From Phoronis australis (taxonomy: Eukaryota > Animalia > Phoronida): 64,000 bases of DNA. Made by a program: the position numbers and the translations under genes. Location of the stretch: positions 770,228 through 834,227 of the forward strand of contig NMRA01000119.1 in NCBI GenBank assembly GCA_002633005.1, read 5' to 3'. Below the pieces are notes generated by a model. It saw only the letters and a list, made by a program, of their open reading frames with translations. It was not told the DNA's origin and searched no databases. Positions 12,082 through 24,273 of the stretch are shown in pieces (the stretch's first letter is position 1; every line of letters begins with the position of its first letter).

Positions 12082-12906
12082 CTATAATGATAATGTAGAT
12101 TTAATCTTTTACCTACCACGTATCTTACATCCCCAAGCCGACGTACACCACTGCCAGTGGTCCAATTTCTGCCTTGTATTCGACTCGACTCCAAAATTGA
12201 CAATTGTTTGATATAAGTTTCGAGTAAACTTTTGAAACGTGCGCTCGAATAATATGGCGTGACATGTTGATTTTCGAATCTGGGTTCGAATATTGAACAA
12301 TAAGCCCAAAAGGGTCTACCGTCAATGGATCTGCCAATGCAGCGCAATCGTAATCGTGTCCTTTCTTTGAACTGGTATTGCTTGCAATAAAACGCAGCTG
12401 GCCCTGACTAGGGCCATTTTGCTAGTCGGAGGATGAAAGTAACCAGTTCGTAGCTATCTGTCACTTCTGGAACGTTTCGAATCTGAGTGAGCGGGAAAAG
12501 GACGAGACCGATTTTATAACTGTACAAGACTTGACAGTTTTCAATAGGAAGGCGTGGGTTTGTTACCAAGTTAAGTTTATTGTATGTAATGTAATCGGTT
12601 GGGAAAAAACTCACGATATTTTTTCTTTTCGCTTCTCAGAGATAATTAGGTAGACAGACAGGTAAATTATTTTATCTTATGCCATGCCTACCAGCCTCAA
12701 CTGTAAACGTTACGTCAGGGAGATTATTGGCATCGCTCTTCACGTCCACTTTCATGTTTTGAATATGATGTAGGCCTACAGCTGGCCACGGGAGGAGAGA
12801 CAAATTTACAGAATTGAAACTTTATACTAAATTAATCGACAGACGTGAGTCAAATCCTAGTATGTTCATGAAAAGAGATCAGTGTAGGTTTACTAAAAAG
12901 GCTTAC

Positions 12907-13067
12907 TGCAATCAACGCCACTATGACAACGCCAACAAAGAGGACGCTTCCACCAATGATGAGAGCAATTATCCAGTTGGGTAGCTTCGTATCGGTCGTA
13001 ACCTTGGTCGTCGGTACGAACGGTGTCGTTGATGTTGTCGTTGGTGTTGTTGCTGGCGTGGTCAAAA
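12907..13067 (-). CDS. Transmembrane SEA mucin, Thr-rich stalk plus transmembrane exon
   Basis: ttctttcag/gtaagc; (V)LTTPATT...LPNWIIALIIGGSVLFVGVVIVALIA with a hydrophobic TM segment. Confidence 0.88.
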
Positions 13068-14260
13068 CTGAAAGAAGACACAACACTTCCTTATCGTGTG
13101 TAGCACTTCACATTTCCAGTTGACTTGGATATTTGTTTGATCTTGCGACAGGCAAATTGCATCCCGAGCACGTAATTGTTTTGCGAAGATTGTGGCGATG
13201 GGGGTAAAAATTGTGGAGTTTGGGGGGATAGGGTCAGACAAAAGTTGTGGCGAGAAAGTGTACCTCCTCGGCACTCACCCATCTAGTCCACTGAAACAAA
13301 ACAAAGCTTTGTAACTCTCGACAAACCTCAAATATTTCTAGCAAAATTTAAAATTCCTAAAGACTGCTAAACGGCAAGCGTGACCTACGCTTTAGGCGAG
13401 TTACACGGTAACTGTGGGGAAAGACCACTCACCATAATATCCTATTTGTGACAAAGAAAGTGGGAATTTTTAGTTGAATCCGCTTTTATAACTCAAATGG
13501 GTTGCCAATAGTGACAGAACAAGAGTTGGTTGAAGTCACCAAAACAGGGTTTAGTATCCTTTTAATTGAATTACAGCGCAATGATTCCCAAGAGACAGCA
13601 TCAACTATAACTGCTTCCAGAATTTCATGGCAGCTTGGAAAAGGTCAGGTATGCCCTGATGCATATAGTTTAGGCGTCTCAATGGTTCAACTGCTGTATG
13701 CGAGGAAACGTACTATGTTTCGAAAATCAGTATGAGAGGCAAAATAACAGACGGTCAACTGAATGAAGATTTCGAATTGCGGCCACAGGATTTGTTCCAG
13801 ACATAGGCTACAAAGTCAAAATCACACCACTGTTGAACTACATGTTCTCTTTTTGTAGCCGTGTTCATATATCCAAAACATAATAGATGTTGAAATATAA
13901 TTCTTCTTTTCTCCGGTCATACTGGGCTCAACCATGATGGCAGACGCTTTGTGGAACTGGTGTTTATAAATTTCTTCTTAATTCATAAATTTTCAAAGTA
14001 TCCTTTGGAGTTTTAATTTTAACAAACTGAGTACACTGTGGTCAAGTATGAGACCAATATTGGACTCTAAAGTGGTTCAGTGGTCAATGTCCTAATATAG
14101 GGAGGTCAAAAATAAGCTGCAATGCTTTTAGATTTTCATGCCGTTTTATAGTGTATAAATGTATAATTCATTCTCTGCGGCCCATGATGAAAATGATTAT
14201 ATGCGATTATTTAAGCGATATAAGTTAACAAAAATTGTTCCCGAAAACGTGGGTGTTGCG

Positions 14261-14412
14261 CAGTGGCGGATTCAGAGAGGGGCCAAGGAGGCCATGGCCC
14301 CCTCGCCCCTAAAATTCTCCCAGATTCCATCGGGGGTTCGAATGTCTGACGGGCAAAATCTTGGCTAATACTCTGTCCTGCCCCCTAATTAAGAATCCTG
14401 GATCCGCCCCTG
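14261..14412. mobile_element. MITE family C (TIR CAGTGGCGGATTCAG / CTGGATCCGCCCCTG); fragments at 14724-14763 and 57969-58000
   Basis: Terminal inverted repeat with G/C-run interior; no clear TSD. Confidence 0.65.
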
Positions 14413-14807
14413 GACTTTCATGTGAGCAAAAAATGTTGGTGAAATAAGTGCATTATTTCACTAAATGTATAGGTAAGCCCGTGGATCCAAATTCGCGCGA
14501 GTACTGTAAATGACATTCGCACTGATACATGTATACGTGGTTCACCATAAACATCGACAAAAATACATTAAATTACATAAACAATACACGACGATCAGAC
14601 TTATACCAAGGGTTCAAGTTGATACATGTAAATGTCATTGACCACGATTGATAGTAAACCTTTCACAATGTATTGTATTAACCGTTGTCATGCACACTCA
14701 TACACTGTATTGTTATCAATCANTGCCCTGCCCCCCCAACTCAAAATTCTGGATCCACCCCTGTTGCTTGTGAGAAATAAGACATTCGTTAATCCAAGAC
14801 CTGATAC

Positions 14808-14956
14808 CTTGGAATGACGTGAACGCTGTGTCTAGAGTGTAGTTCCCGAGCTCGGTTCCGTTATTCGTGGAGGCGTTGAAAGCCAGTTTAACATCAGACG
14901 TTGTAACTGACGTACTGCTGGTTTCAATGTTATAGTTGACAATGACGCTCCCAGAC
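14808..14956 (-). CDS. Mucin SEA domain 3, C-terminal exon
   Basis: gttttag/gtatca; (R)SGSVIVNYNIET...YTLDTAFTSFQ containing the SEA GSVxV motif; phase 2-1. Confidence 0.88.
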
Positions 14957-15326
14957 CTAAAACACAACATAGCGACAACATGAAGTAGTCATATTTTAGC
15001 AAATCAGACGCAAGTGAATCTTCGGGGTCATTTAGTTATGATTCGAACCTGATGAATTTCTGACCTCCATCCTTCTTTTACAGTTGTACATTGGACAACT
15101 ATCGCATTTACAACACTTGGTGTATTTACTAAAGATCATGGCACATGATACCACTGTGACCCAGCCGTCTTGCCGCTGTTTTACGCAAACATTTTATCAA
15201 AATTAATCAACAGAAGTACGGCATAGGGCGTACGTGCCACGTTCAACTTGAGCGTAACTTGCTTCCGTGTTTAAGGTTTCACTACTTCGTTGTTTCTACT
15301 ATATTACAAAAATGGCACCAACTCAC

Positions 15327-15385
15327 CTGAAATCGGTAATTACAACTCTTATGAAACCTTTCAAGTCTTTGAAGACGCTTGTGAG
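15327..15385 (-). CDS. Mucin SEA domain 3, 59-nt middle exon
   Basis: tttcag/gtgagt; LTSVFKDLKGFIRVVITDF(R); same 59-nt length and phase as 19434-19492 and 24215-24273. Confidence 0.85.
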
Positions 15386-15668
15386 CTGAAATGTTAACAG
15401 AAATTGCATTTAGTTTCAAGAGCGTTCAAGGCACTGGCAAAATTACCTGCGCTAAACATTTCGACAGTAACATGTAACAAACATGCGATCATAAACGACC
15501 ATGAACTGATAATTTTTGCTCCTCGAAAGTTATTGTTTATCTGATTTCAAAGCACTCCCTGAAAGTTATCGTTATCTTATTGCCTTGTGCTACTGCTGCT
15601 TTTATCTTTCTCCATCATATTTCCTTTCTTTATGAAGGCAATGCAGTATACAAACCGATACTATTTAC

Positions 15669-17437
15669 CTCTCCGACAACTGTCCCTTGTACAGATTTGT
15701 AGTCTTCGGATGACGGATCAGACAACGTTTCCCGCCACTCGAGATTCGTTATTTTAATCCTTGATTCTACGACAACCACTGTACTTGTGGTTGTTGGTGG
15801 CACTGGCGTCGATGAAACTGTTGGCGGTAGTTGTGTAGTTGAAGTTTGCGTTGGCGGTGTTGTTGTTCCATGTTGTGTTACTCCATCTGTAGAGATTGAA
15901 CGTTCTGATGTTGTCTTCGTGCTTGTCACGTTTTGTGTTGTTGGGGGCAGTGTTACTCGCTCTGTAGACACTGAACTGTCTGTTGTCACCGTCGTCATCG
16001 GAGGCTGCGTTATTCCTTCCGTAGATACTGGATGTTCTGTCGTCGTTGTTGGAACTTCTGTAATGGTTTGTGTTGCGGTGGGTTTCGTTACATCTACCGT
16101 AGACAAAGGAGGTTCTGTGGTTGGCGGCTCTGTCATGGTGTGTGTTGTTGGTGGCTTCGTTATTCCCTCCGTAGAGACTGGGCGTTCCGTTGTTGACATC
16201 GTGGTTTTTGGAGGCTCTGTCATGTTCTGTGTGGATGGAAGTTCCGTAATCCGCTCCGTAGACACTGGACGTTCTTTAGTTGACATCATGGTTGTTGGAG
16301 GCTCGGTCATGCTGTGTGTTGTAGGAGACTCCGTTGCACCCTCCGTAGAGGTTGGACGTTCTGTTGTTGGCATAATGGTTGTTGGTGGTTCTGTTATGTT
16401 TTGTGTTGTTGGAGGCTTCGTTACTCCCTCCGTAGACACTGGGCGTCCTGTTGTTGACACACTGGTTGTTGGTGGCTCTGTCATGTTGTGTGTTGTTGGT
16501 GGCTTCGTAACTCCCTCCGTAGAGACTGGACGTTCCGTTGTTGACATCGTGGTTTTTGGAGGCTCTGTCATGTTCTGTGTGGATGGACGTTCCGTAACCC
16601 TCTCCGTAGACACTGGACGTTCTGTAGTTGACATCATGGTTGTTGGAAGCTTGGTCATGCTGTGTGTTGTTGGAGATTCTGTTGCACCTTCTGTAGAGGC
16701 TGGACGTTCTGTTGTTGGCATAATGGTTGTTGTCGGTTCTGTTATGTTTTGTGTTGTTGGAGACTTCGTTACTCGCTCCGTAGACAATGGGCGTTCTGCT
16801 GTTGACATCGTAGTTGTTGGTGGCTCTGTCACATTGTGTGTTGTTGGAGACTTTGTTACACCCTCCGTAGACACCGGGCGTCCTGTTGTTGGCATAACGG
16901 TTGTTGGAGATTCTGTCATGTTGTGTGTTGTTGGAGACTTGGTTACTCCACCCGTAGACATAGGGAGTTCTGTTGTTGAGATCATGGTTGTTGGTGGCTC
17001 TGTCGCATTGTGTGTTGTTGGAGACTTCGTTACACTCTCCGTAGACACTGGACGTCCTGTTGTTGGCATAATGGTTGTTGGTGGTTCCGTTATGTTTTGT
17101 TTTGTTGAATACTCCGTTACACCTTCCGTAGATACTGGGCGTTCTGTTGTTGGCATAATGGTTGTTAGTGGCTCTGTCATATTGTGTGTTGTTGGTGGCT
17201 TCGTTACTCCCTCTGTAGACAATGGCTGTTCTGTTGTTGGAATAATGGTTGTTAGTGGCTCTGTCATGTTGTGTGTTGTTGGAGGCTTTGTTAATCCATC
17301 TGTAGACAATGGGCGTTCTGTCGTTGTCATCATGGTTGTTAGAGGTTCTGTCATATTTCTCGTTATTGGAAGCTTTGTTACCACTTCCGTAGAAACGGGA
17401 GACTCTGTTGTTGCCATCATGGTTGTTGGAGCCATCA
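15669..17437 (-). CDS. Mucin PTS domain 3 (87-bp/29-aa repeats) plus N-terminal part of SEA 3
   Basis: ttttcag/gtaaat; Thr/Pro/Ser-rich repeats like TTERPVSTEGVTKPPTTHNMTEPPTTIMP, then VESRIKITNLEWRETLSDPSSEDYKSVQGTVVGE. Confidence 0.9.
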
Positions 17438-18880
17438 CTGAAAAAGATGTCACTCACAGACATTAACTCAACCATATTACTATGAGTGTTTGGTAACAAC
17501 GGTTGATTCAATGTGCGTCAGCATATTTTGCCTTCAAAATGTCTGCCATAGATGTAACTAGGGAAGTAAGGCGTGTTTAGATATTTCCACGTTTGCTAGG
17601 CATGTGCCACGTTTCGCAAGTAATTCTAATTGCGTGCTTTTATTAAAATCCAAAGCAGCATGACTCTCGTTCAATGCCTCCCAGAATACCTTGGAAATCG
17701 TTGGCAGACGAATCCAGTGTGTTATTTNTGTGTGGATGGAGGTTCCGTAACCCCCGCCGTAGACACTGGACGTTCTGTAGTTGACATCATGGTTGTTGGA
17801 AGCTTGGTCATGCTGTGTGTTGTTGGAGACTCTGTTGCACCTTCTGTAGAGGCTGGACGTTCTGTTGTTGGCATAATGGTTGTTGGCGGTTCTGTTCTGT
17901 TTTGTGTTGTTGGAGGCTTCGTTATTCGCTCCGTAGACAATGGGCGTTCTGCTGTTGACATTGTAGTTGTTGGTGGCTCTGTCACATTGTGTGTTGTTGG
18001 AGACTTTGTTACATCCTCCGTAGACACCGGGCGTCCTGTTGTTGACATAATGGTTGTTGGAGATTCTGTCATGTTGTGTGTTGTTGGAGACTCGGTTACT
18101 CCACCCGTAGACATAGGGAGTTCTGTTGTTGAGATCATGGTTGTTGGTGGCTCTGTCGCATTGTGTGTTGTTGGAGACTTCGTTACACTGTCCGTAAACA
18201 ATGGACGTCCTGTTGTTGGCATAATGGTTGTTGGTGGTTCCGTAATGTTTTGTTTTGTTGAATACTCCGTTACACCTTGCGTAGATACTGGGCGTTCTGT
18301 TGTTGGCATAATGGTTGTTGGTGGCTCTGTCATGTTGTGTGTTGTTGGTGGCTTCGTTACTCCCTCTGTAGACAATGGCCGTTCTGTTGTTGGAATAATG
18401 GTTGTTAGTGGCTCTGTCATGTTGTGTGTTGTTGGAGAATTTGTTAACCCATCTGTAGACAATGGGCGTTCTGTTGTTGTCATCATGGTTGTTAGAGGTT
18501 CTGTCATATTTATCGTTATTGGTAGCTTTGTTACCACTTCCGTAGAAACGAGAGACTCTGTTGTTGCCATCATGGTTGTTGGAGCCATCACTGAAAAAGA
18601 TGTCACTCACAGACATTAACTCAACCATATTACTATGAGTGTTTGGTAACAACGGTTGATTCAATGTGCGTCAGCATATTTTGCCTTCAAAATGTCTGCC
18701 ATAGATGTAACTAGGGAAGTAAGGCGTGTTTAGATATGTCCACGTTTGCTGGGCAGGTACCACGTTTCGCTAATAATTCTAATTGCATGCTTTTATTAAA
18801 ATCCAAAACAGCATGACTCTCGTTCAATACTTCCCAGAATACCTTGGAAATCGTTGGCAGATGAATCCAGTGTGTTATTT
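16576..18880. repeat. Tandem 1152-bp duplication (16576-17727 and 17729-18880) joined by a single n
   Basis: Both copies co-linear, same length, scattered substitutions in exon and intron. Confidence 0.9.
17729..18590 (-). CDS. Second copy of the 5' part of the PTS-3 exon, truncated by n at 17728 (haplotype duplicate or extra module)
   Basis: Same acceptor and near-identical sequence to 16576-17437; directly follows the SEA-2 C-terminal exon. Confidence 0.55.
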
Positions 18881-18985
18881 CCCAGTGCCGTGCCATTTTT
18901 CGTCGCGTTCAGAAAAGCTTGCTCGAAGGCAGCGCTAGATGAAGTCGCTGTGTCTATCTCGTAGTCGGCTATTACGCTGCCTGGT
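18843..18985 (-). CDS. Mucin SEA domain 2, C-terminal exon
   Basis: ttgcag/gtattc; (R)PGSVIADYEIDTATSSSAAFEQAFLNATKNGTALGNNTLDSSANDFQ; 143 nt. Confidence 0.88.
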
Positions 18986-19433
18986 CTGCAACACAACACA
19001 TTATGCAATACAAAAGTTCATGCACTGTAAAATCTGCTATCAGCAGGAATATTATTAGATGACACAGGCTTATGAAGGTGGCACAGACTCCGTGCGGACA
19101 CGACCGAAAAGAAACGACGTCGACGTGTCAAATTTAAGCTTAACCGGACATCTGTTCTTTGGAAGCGGCAGTCAGCCCCACCCCTCTTACGCTTGATTAG
19201 TCGCATGTAGCTCGATCGTTAACCTTAAGGATATTATTGACGTAGACGCACTCTTTGGTAATCCATTAAGTCAAATCTGTTTCAGTCGCCATCGCCTCTA
19301 CTTTTAACCAAGAATGTCAGGGCATTTTAACTAAGTCATGATCAGTAACACCCGAGCCAGTGTACGTCAAGCGTTGATTTGTCCGATACCATAGACATTT
19401 AGCTATTACACGCATTACTATACGTTCACTTAC

Positions 19434-19492
19434 CTGAAACGAATATTTTTGATTCCGCGAAATCCTGGGATGCTTTCGTAGATGGGTCTCAG
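19434..19492 (-). CDS. Mucin SEA domain 2, 59-nt middle exon
   Basis: tcacag/gtaagt; LRPIYESIPGFRGIKNIRF(R). Confidence 0.88.
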
Positions 19493-20747
19493 CTGTGAAC
19501 AAAAGGAAAACTCTCTTAACCCATGTGTTGCATTAATTGCAACAAATATTCTTAAAAATATATTCACAGCTATTGGCGACAGTTTCTTTATATTTTCATA
19601 CTGTTTCAAGCGTTCCACTAAAAGGCGCCTGGTACAGGCTTAACCGCCAGCTCTGCAAAGGCATCACTTTTGATATAGTCTCTCCGTGGCTAGACTCAAT
19701 AGCTTTACCTGACAGGCCACTTTTGCTCCGAGCACATAACTGAGCTGCATTCCGTAGACCCAAGACACTCACGGCGAAAAATTCTAGTTATCGCGTTCTT
19801 CGCTTTAAAGACTTGGCGATATCTCGCGAAGACTTACATGATCTTGTGTTTTCGTGAGTTCGCTGCGTATACGGAACGTGGCCAAGCAATGAAATACAAG
19901 GTCAGAAAAAAATAACATAAGTGGTTTCGGTCTGTTCCAAACTCGTTTTTTGAAACCCGGGCTTCAGTGTTTAAAGAAAAAAGCGCCCGCTCGCATCTCT
20001 TTTAACCAACTTCTTTTTTTCAAAATTTCCACAAACGTATCTAAAGTAGTTGTTTGGAAAAAAATTACTTCGCTACTGAGCGACTTCCTTCATGGGATTC
20101 TGAAGGTAAGAAGTGTAGTGCTGAGTCGAGGTCAGCCTCTCAGCCTCACCCTGGGGCGACCCGAGTAAAGCCAGCGGCCTCCCTTTGCCTGCCGGGATCG
20201 AGGTAAAACCAGTCGCATTACTGGACCTCTGCAGCTTGGAAAAAAGTAGGAATCATCTCAGCTCATATTAGATTATTTTTGAGAATATAAACAACTAGAA
20301 AATGATACCACCACCTCAATTCTAAATGAGCACGCATACCTTGATCATACTTAAGTATAACACAAAATGTCAAAACTAATTTGGAGTTCGAGCTCTAGTT
20401 CGGAGATTTGTCACCAAACGTAAGGCAAGTGGAAAATCAGCTGAAGTCTTACAAACCTCAGATAGAATCTCGCTGTGCAGTAACAGGCTAACACGATGTA
20501 TGTCGTAAAATAAAAACGCCAGAATTTCCCCTGGCGGCCATGCTAAAACTAACCCAATGGAGAACTGCAATAAGCACCGTCTGGAACTATAACGAGCTAT
20601 CAGTTTTCTCAATCTGAGTAGGCTACAAGTGACATATCATACAACGGTAAGTGGCCTAAGTCGAAACTTATTTATGACAGAGGGTTCATTTGAATTTTAA
20701 CTAATCATAACAGCTGACATTCCAAAGATAACCTCAGTTGTACTCAC

Positions 20748-23244
20748 GTTTAACAAAACATCAGCTTTGAGACTCCCGTACGAATCAGAGGTTATGTTCC
20801 TAAGCGATTCGTCCCAATCTAAGCTTGTTATTCTCATGGAGGCAGCAATTACAGTGAGACTTCCAGGCAATTCTGTTAATGGTTGTTCCGTAACAGATTC
20901 GGTTGTAGACTTCATCTTTGTAGTCATGTATTCCGTAGTTGTAGGTTTTGTTACTCCCACCGTAGACACTGGACGTACTGTTGTTTTCACCGTGGTAGTT
21001 GGAGGTTGTGTCATATTTTGTGTTGTTGGAGGCTGTGTTACTCCGTCTGTAGACACTGGTAGTTCTGTTGTTGCTATCATGGTTGTTGGAGATTCTGTTA
21101 CGTTTTGCGCAGTTGGAGGCTGAGTTTCACCCTTCGTTGACACTGGACGCTCTGTCGTTGTGGATGTTAGAGGTGCAGTCATGTTTTGCGTTGTGGGAGC
21201 CTGTGTAGACTCTGAACGTTCTGTCGTCATCATGATTGTTGGAAATTCTGTCATATTTTGTGGTGCTTTCGTTGCTCCCTCCGTAGACACTGGACGTTCT
21301 GTTGTCTTCATGGTTGTTGGAGGTTCTGTCATGTTTCGTGTTGTTGGATATTTCGTTACTTCCTCCGTAGACACTGAACGTTCGGTTGTTGGCACGATGG
21401 CTGTTGGTGGTTCTGTCGTATTGTGTGTCGTTGGAGGCTTCGTAACTCCTTCCGTAGACGCTGGGAGCTCTGTTGTTGTCATCATAGTTGTTAGTGGTTC
21501 TGTCATATTGCGTGTTGTTGGACGTTTCGTTTCTCCCTGCGTAGACACAGGGAGTTCTGTTGTTGGCATCTTGGTTGTTGGAGGTTCTGTCATGTTTTGT
21601 GTTGTTGGAGGCTTCGTTACTCCCTCTGTAGACACTGGATGTTCTGTAGTTGACATCATGGTTGTTGGAGGCTCGGTCATGTTGTTTGTTGTAGGAGACT
21701 CCGTTGCACCCTCCGTAGAGGTTGGACGTTCTGTTGTTGGCATAATAGTTGTTGGTGGNTTTCTCCCTCCGTAGACGCAGGGAGTTCTGTTGTTGGCGTG
21801 ATGGTTGTTGGTGGTTCTGTCATATTTTGTGTTGTTGGAGGCTTCGTCACCCCCTCCGTAGACACTAGGCGTTCTGTTGTTGGCATGATGGTTGTCGGAG
21901 ACTCTGTCATGTTTTGTGTTGTTGGATGTTTCGTTACTCCCTCCGTTGACACTGGGCGTTCTGTTGTTGGTATCATGGTTGTTGGTAATTCTGTCGCGTT
22001 GTATGTTGTTGAAGGCTTCGTTTCCGTCTCCGTAGACACTGGACGTTTTGTTGTTGTCATGATGGTTGTTGGTGATTTCGTCACATTTTGTGTTGTTGGA
22101 GGCTTTGTCGCCCTTTCCGTAGACACTTGGAGTTCTGTTGTTGGCATGATGGTTTTTGATGAGTCTGTCATATTGTGTGTCGTTGGAGGCTTCGTTACGC
22201 CTTCGGTAGACACTTGGATTGTTGATGGCATCATGGTTGTTCGAGGTTCTGTCATATTTTGTGTTGATGGACGTTTCGTTTCTCCCTCCGTAGACGCAGG
22301 GAGTTCTGTTGTTGGCGTGATGGTTGTTGGTGGTTCTGTCATATTTTGTGTTGTTGGAGGCTTCGTCACCCCCTCCGTAGACACTAGGCGTTCTGTTGTT
22401 GGCATGATGGTTGTCGGAGACTCTGTCATGTTTTGTGTTGTTGGATGTTTCGTTACTCCCTCCGTTGACACTGGGCGTTCTGTTGTTGGTATCATGGTTG
22501 TTGGTAATTCTGTCGCGTTGTATGTTGTTGAAGGCTTCGTTTCCGTCTCCGTAGACACTGGACGTTTTGTTGTTGTCATGATGGTTGTTGGTGATTTCGT
22601 CACATTTTGTGTTGTTGGAGGCTTTGTCGCCCTTTCCGTAGACACTTGGAGTTCTGTTGTTGGCATGATGGTTTTTGATGAGTCTGTCATATTGTGTGTC
22701 GTTGGAGGCTTCGTTACGCCTTCGGTAGACACTTGGATTGTTGATGGCATCATGGTAGTTCGAGGTTCTGTCATATTTTGTGTTGATGGACGTTTCGTTT
22801 CTCCCTCCGTAGACGCAGGGAGTTCTGTTGTTGGCGTGGTGGTTGTTGGTGGTTCTGTCATATTTTGTGTTGTTGGAGGCTTCGTCACCCCCTCCGTAGA
22901 CACTGGGCGTTCTGTTGTTGGCATGATGGTTGTCGGAGACTCTGTCATGTTTTGTGTTGTTGGATGTTTCGTTACTCCCTCCGTTGACACTGGGCGTTCT
23001 GTTGTTGGTATCATGGTTGTTGGTGATTCTGTCGCGTTGTATGTTGTTGAAGGCTTCGTTACCGTCTCCGTAGACACTGGACGTTTTGTTGTTGTCGTCA
23101 TATATGTTGGAGGCTCTGTCATTTTTGTCGACAATGGGTGCATGCTAGTTGAAAAATCTTTTGTAGATGCAGTTACTTCGGTCGGCAGTTCCGTGATCGA
23201 GGCTTGAGAAGTTGTTGGTACTTCCGAAATTGTTGTAGTCACAA
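20748..23244 (-). CDS. Mucin PTS domain 2 plus N-terminal part of SEA 2 (assembly n at 21759)
   Basis: tttcag/gtgagt; 29-aa PTS repeats, then VIAASMRITSLDWDESLRNITSDSYGSLKADVLLN; the frame change occurs only at the n. Confidence 0.88.
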
Positions 23245-23675
23245 CTGAAACAGATATTTACTGCTCAGTGTATCCAGTTATATTCTGATACACGTATCCA
23301 GTTCACTATAAGGTCCCTGTCAAACTAAATCGTTTCTCACTACGTTCCCAAGAGTTTGACACAACAGGAGCCAAATGAATGCTAGGGACACTTGTTGCAA
23401 TGTGAGTAAGAATCCTAAGGAAAGCGTCGAATTCAATGCATGTTTTTGGCCAAAGTTGCCACTTTTCAGCTGTCCTCGGCCCGTTTTATCAAGATTTCAT
23501 CAGAACTTGGTCGTTTTGAGAACGATTTTGGTGAGATAGGGCCTCTAGGATTTTGTCTATTTTTTATAAATTTTAACAAAGGATTGTTCATTTCTCCATC
23601 GAAAAATTTGCACTTTCTAATTGAACACTTCATGCGAAACGGTTGTCTAACTATTATTGATAATTTCTGATGTAC

Positions 23676-23818
23676 CTTGGAAGCTGTTGGCAGATGAATC
23701 CAGAGTGTTATTACCAAATGTGGTACCATTGTCCGTTGCGTTTAGAAAGGCTCGTTCGAAGGCATCGCTAGATGGCGTTGACGTGTCGATATCGTAGTCG
23801 ACTATAACACTGCCTCGT
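23676..23818 (-). CDS. Mucin SEA domain 1, C-terminal exon
   Basis: ttcctag/gtacat; (R)RGSVIVDYDIDTSTPSSDAFERAFLNATDNGTTFGNNTLDSSANSFQ; 143 nt, paralogous to 18843-18985. Confidence 0.88.
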
Positions 23819-24100
23819 CTAGGAAGTAACAAAATAAATCTAGAATTACCAATAAAAATCAAACGTCGCCGTTTCAAATGACACTGTAGTTTTACGTATC
23901 CGAATGTAATGTAAACAGCCGTTGTTTAAAGTTTTGAAATTTGATAGGTATTGAATATTTTTTCCGCATTCATTGGCAGTTCTAATTGACGTTGGATTGT
24001 TTCTATTGCTACGGTTTTTAAGTCGGAGCGTTTTCCTATAAAATCAACGTCAGTAAACCTGGATTCGCTGCGTACAGAAGGTTGATTTTTCTTTACCCAA

Positions 24101-24167
24101 CATGGGCGGCACAGCACTGAAATAAGTGGAAGCTATAGCCCAAGCCCACCACGGGGCGCCGCCCATG
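24101..24167. mobile_element. Mini-MITE family D (TIR CATGGGCGGCGC, 5-bp TSD)
   Basis: TSD cccaa on both sides. Confidence 0.8.
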
Positions 24168-24214
24168 CCCAAAGACAAAAACCTAGTACGTACTTTCCTA
24201 AAATGTTTACTTAC

Positions 24215-24273
24215 CTGAAACGAATGTTTTTAATTTCTCGAAAACCAGGAACATTTTGGTAGATGGGTTGCAA
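24215..24273 (-). CDS. Mucin SEA domain 1, 59-nt middle exon
   Basis: tttacag/gtaagt; LQPIYQNVPGFREIKNIRF(R). Confidence 0.88.

Noticed and set aside
12615-12662. Possible extra mucin exon (LSVYLIISEKRKEKI) with gtgagt donor
   Set aside because: No suitable acceptor, and its phase does not fit between the TM exon and the 12081 exon, which already join in frame
16276-18664. Asn-rich minus-strand ORFs (411 and 368 aa)
   Set aside because: Alternative frame of the same ACA/ACC-rich repeat; not in phase with flanking exons
15787-23207. Long Val/Gly/Cys-rich plus-strand ORFs (559, 329, 204, 469 aa)
   Set aside because: Antisense shadows of the Thr/Pro-rich mucin repeats, which lack stops on the opposite strand; splice sites and SEA domains support only the minus strand
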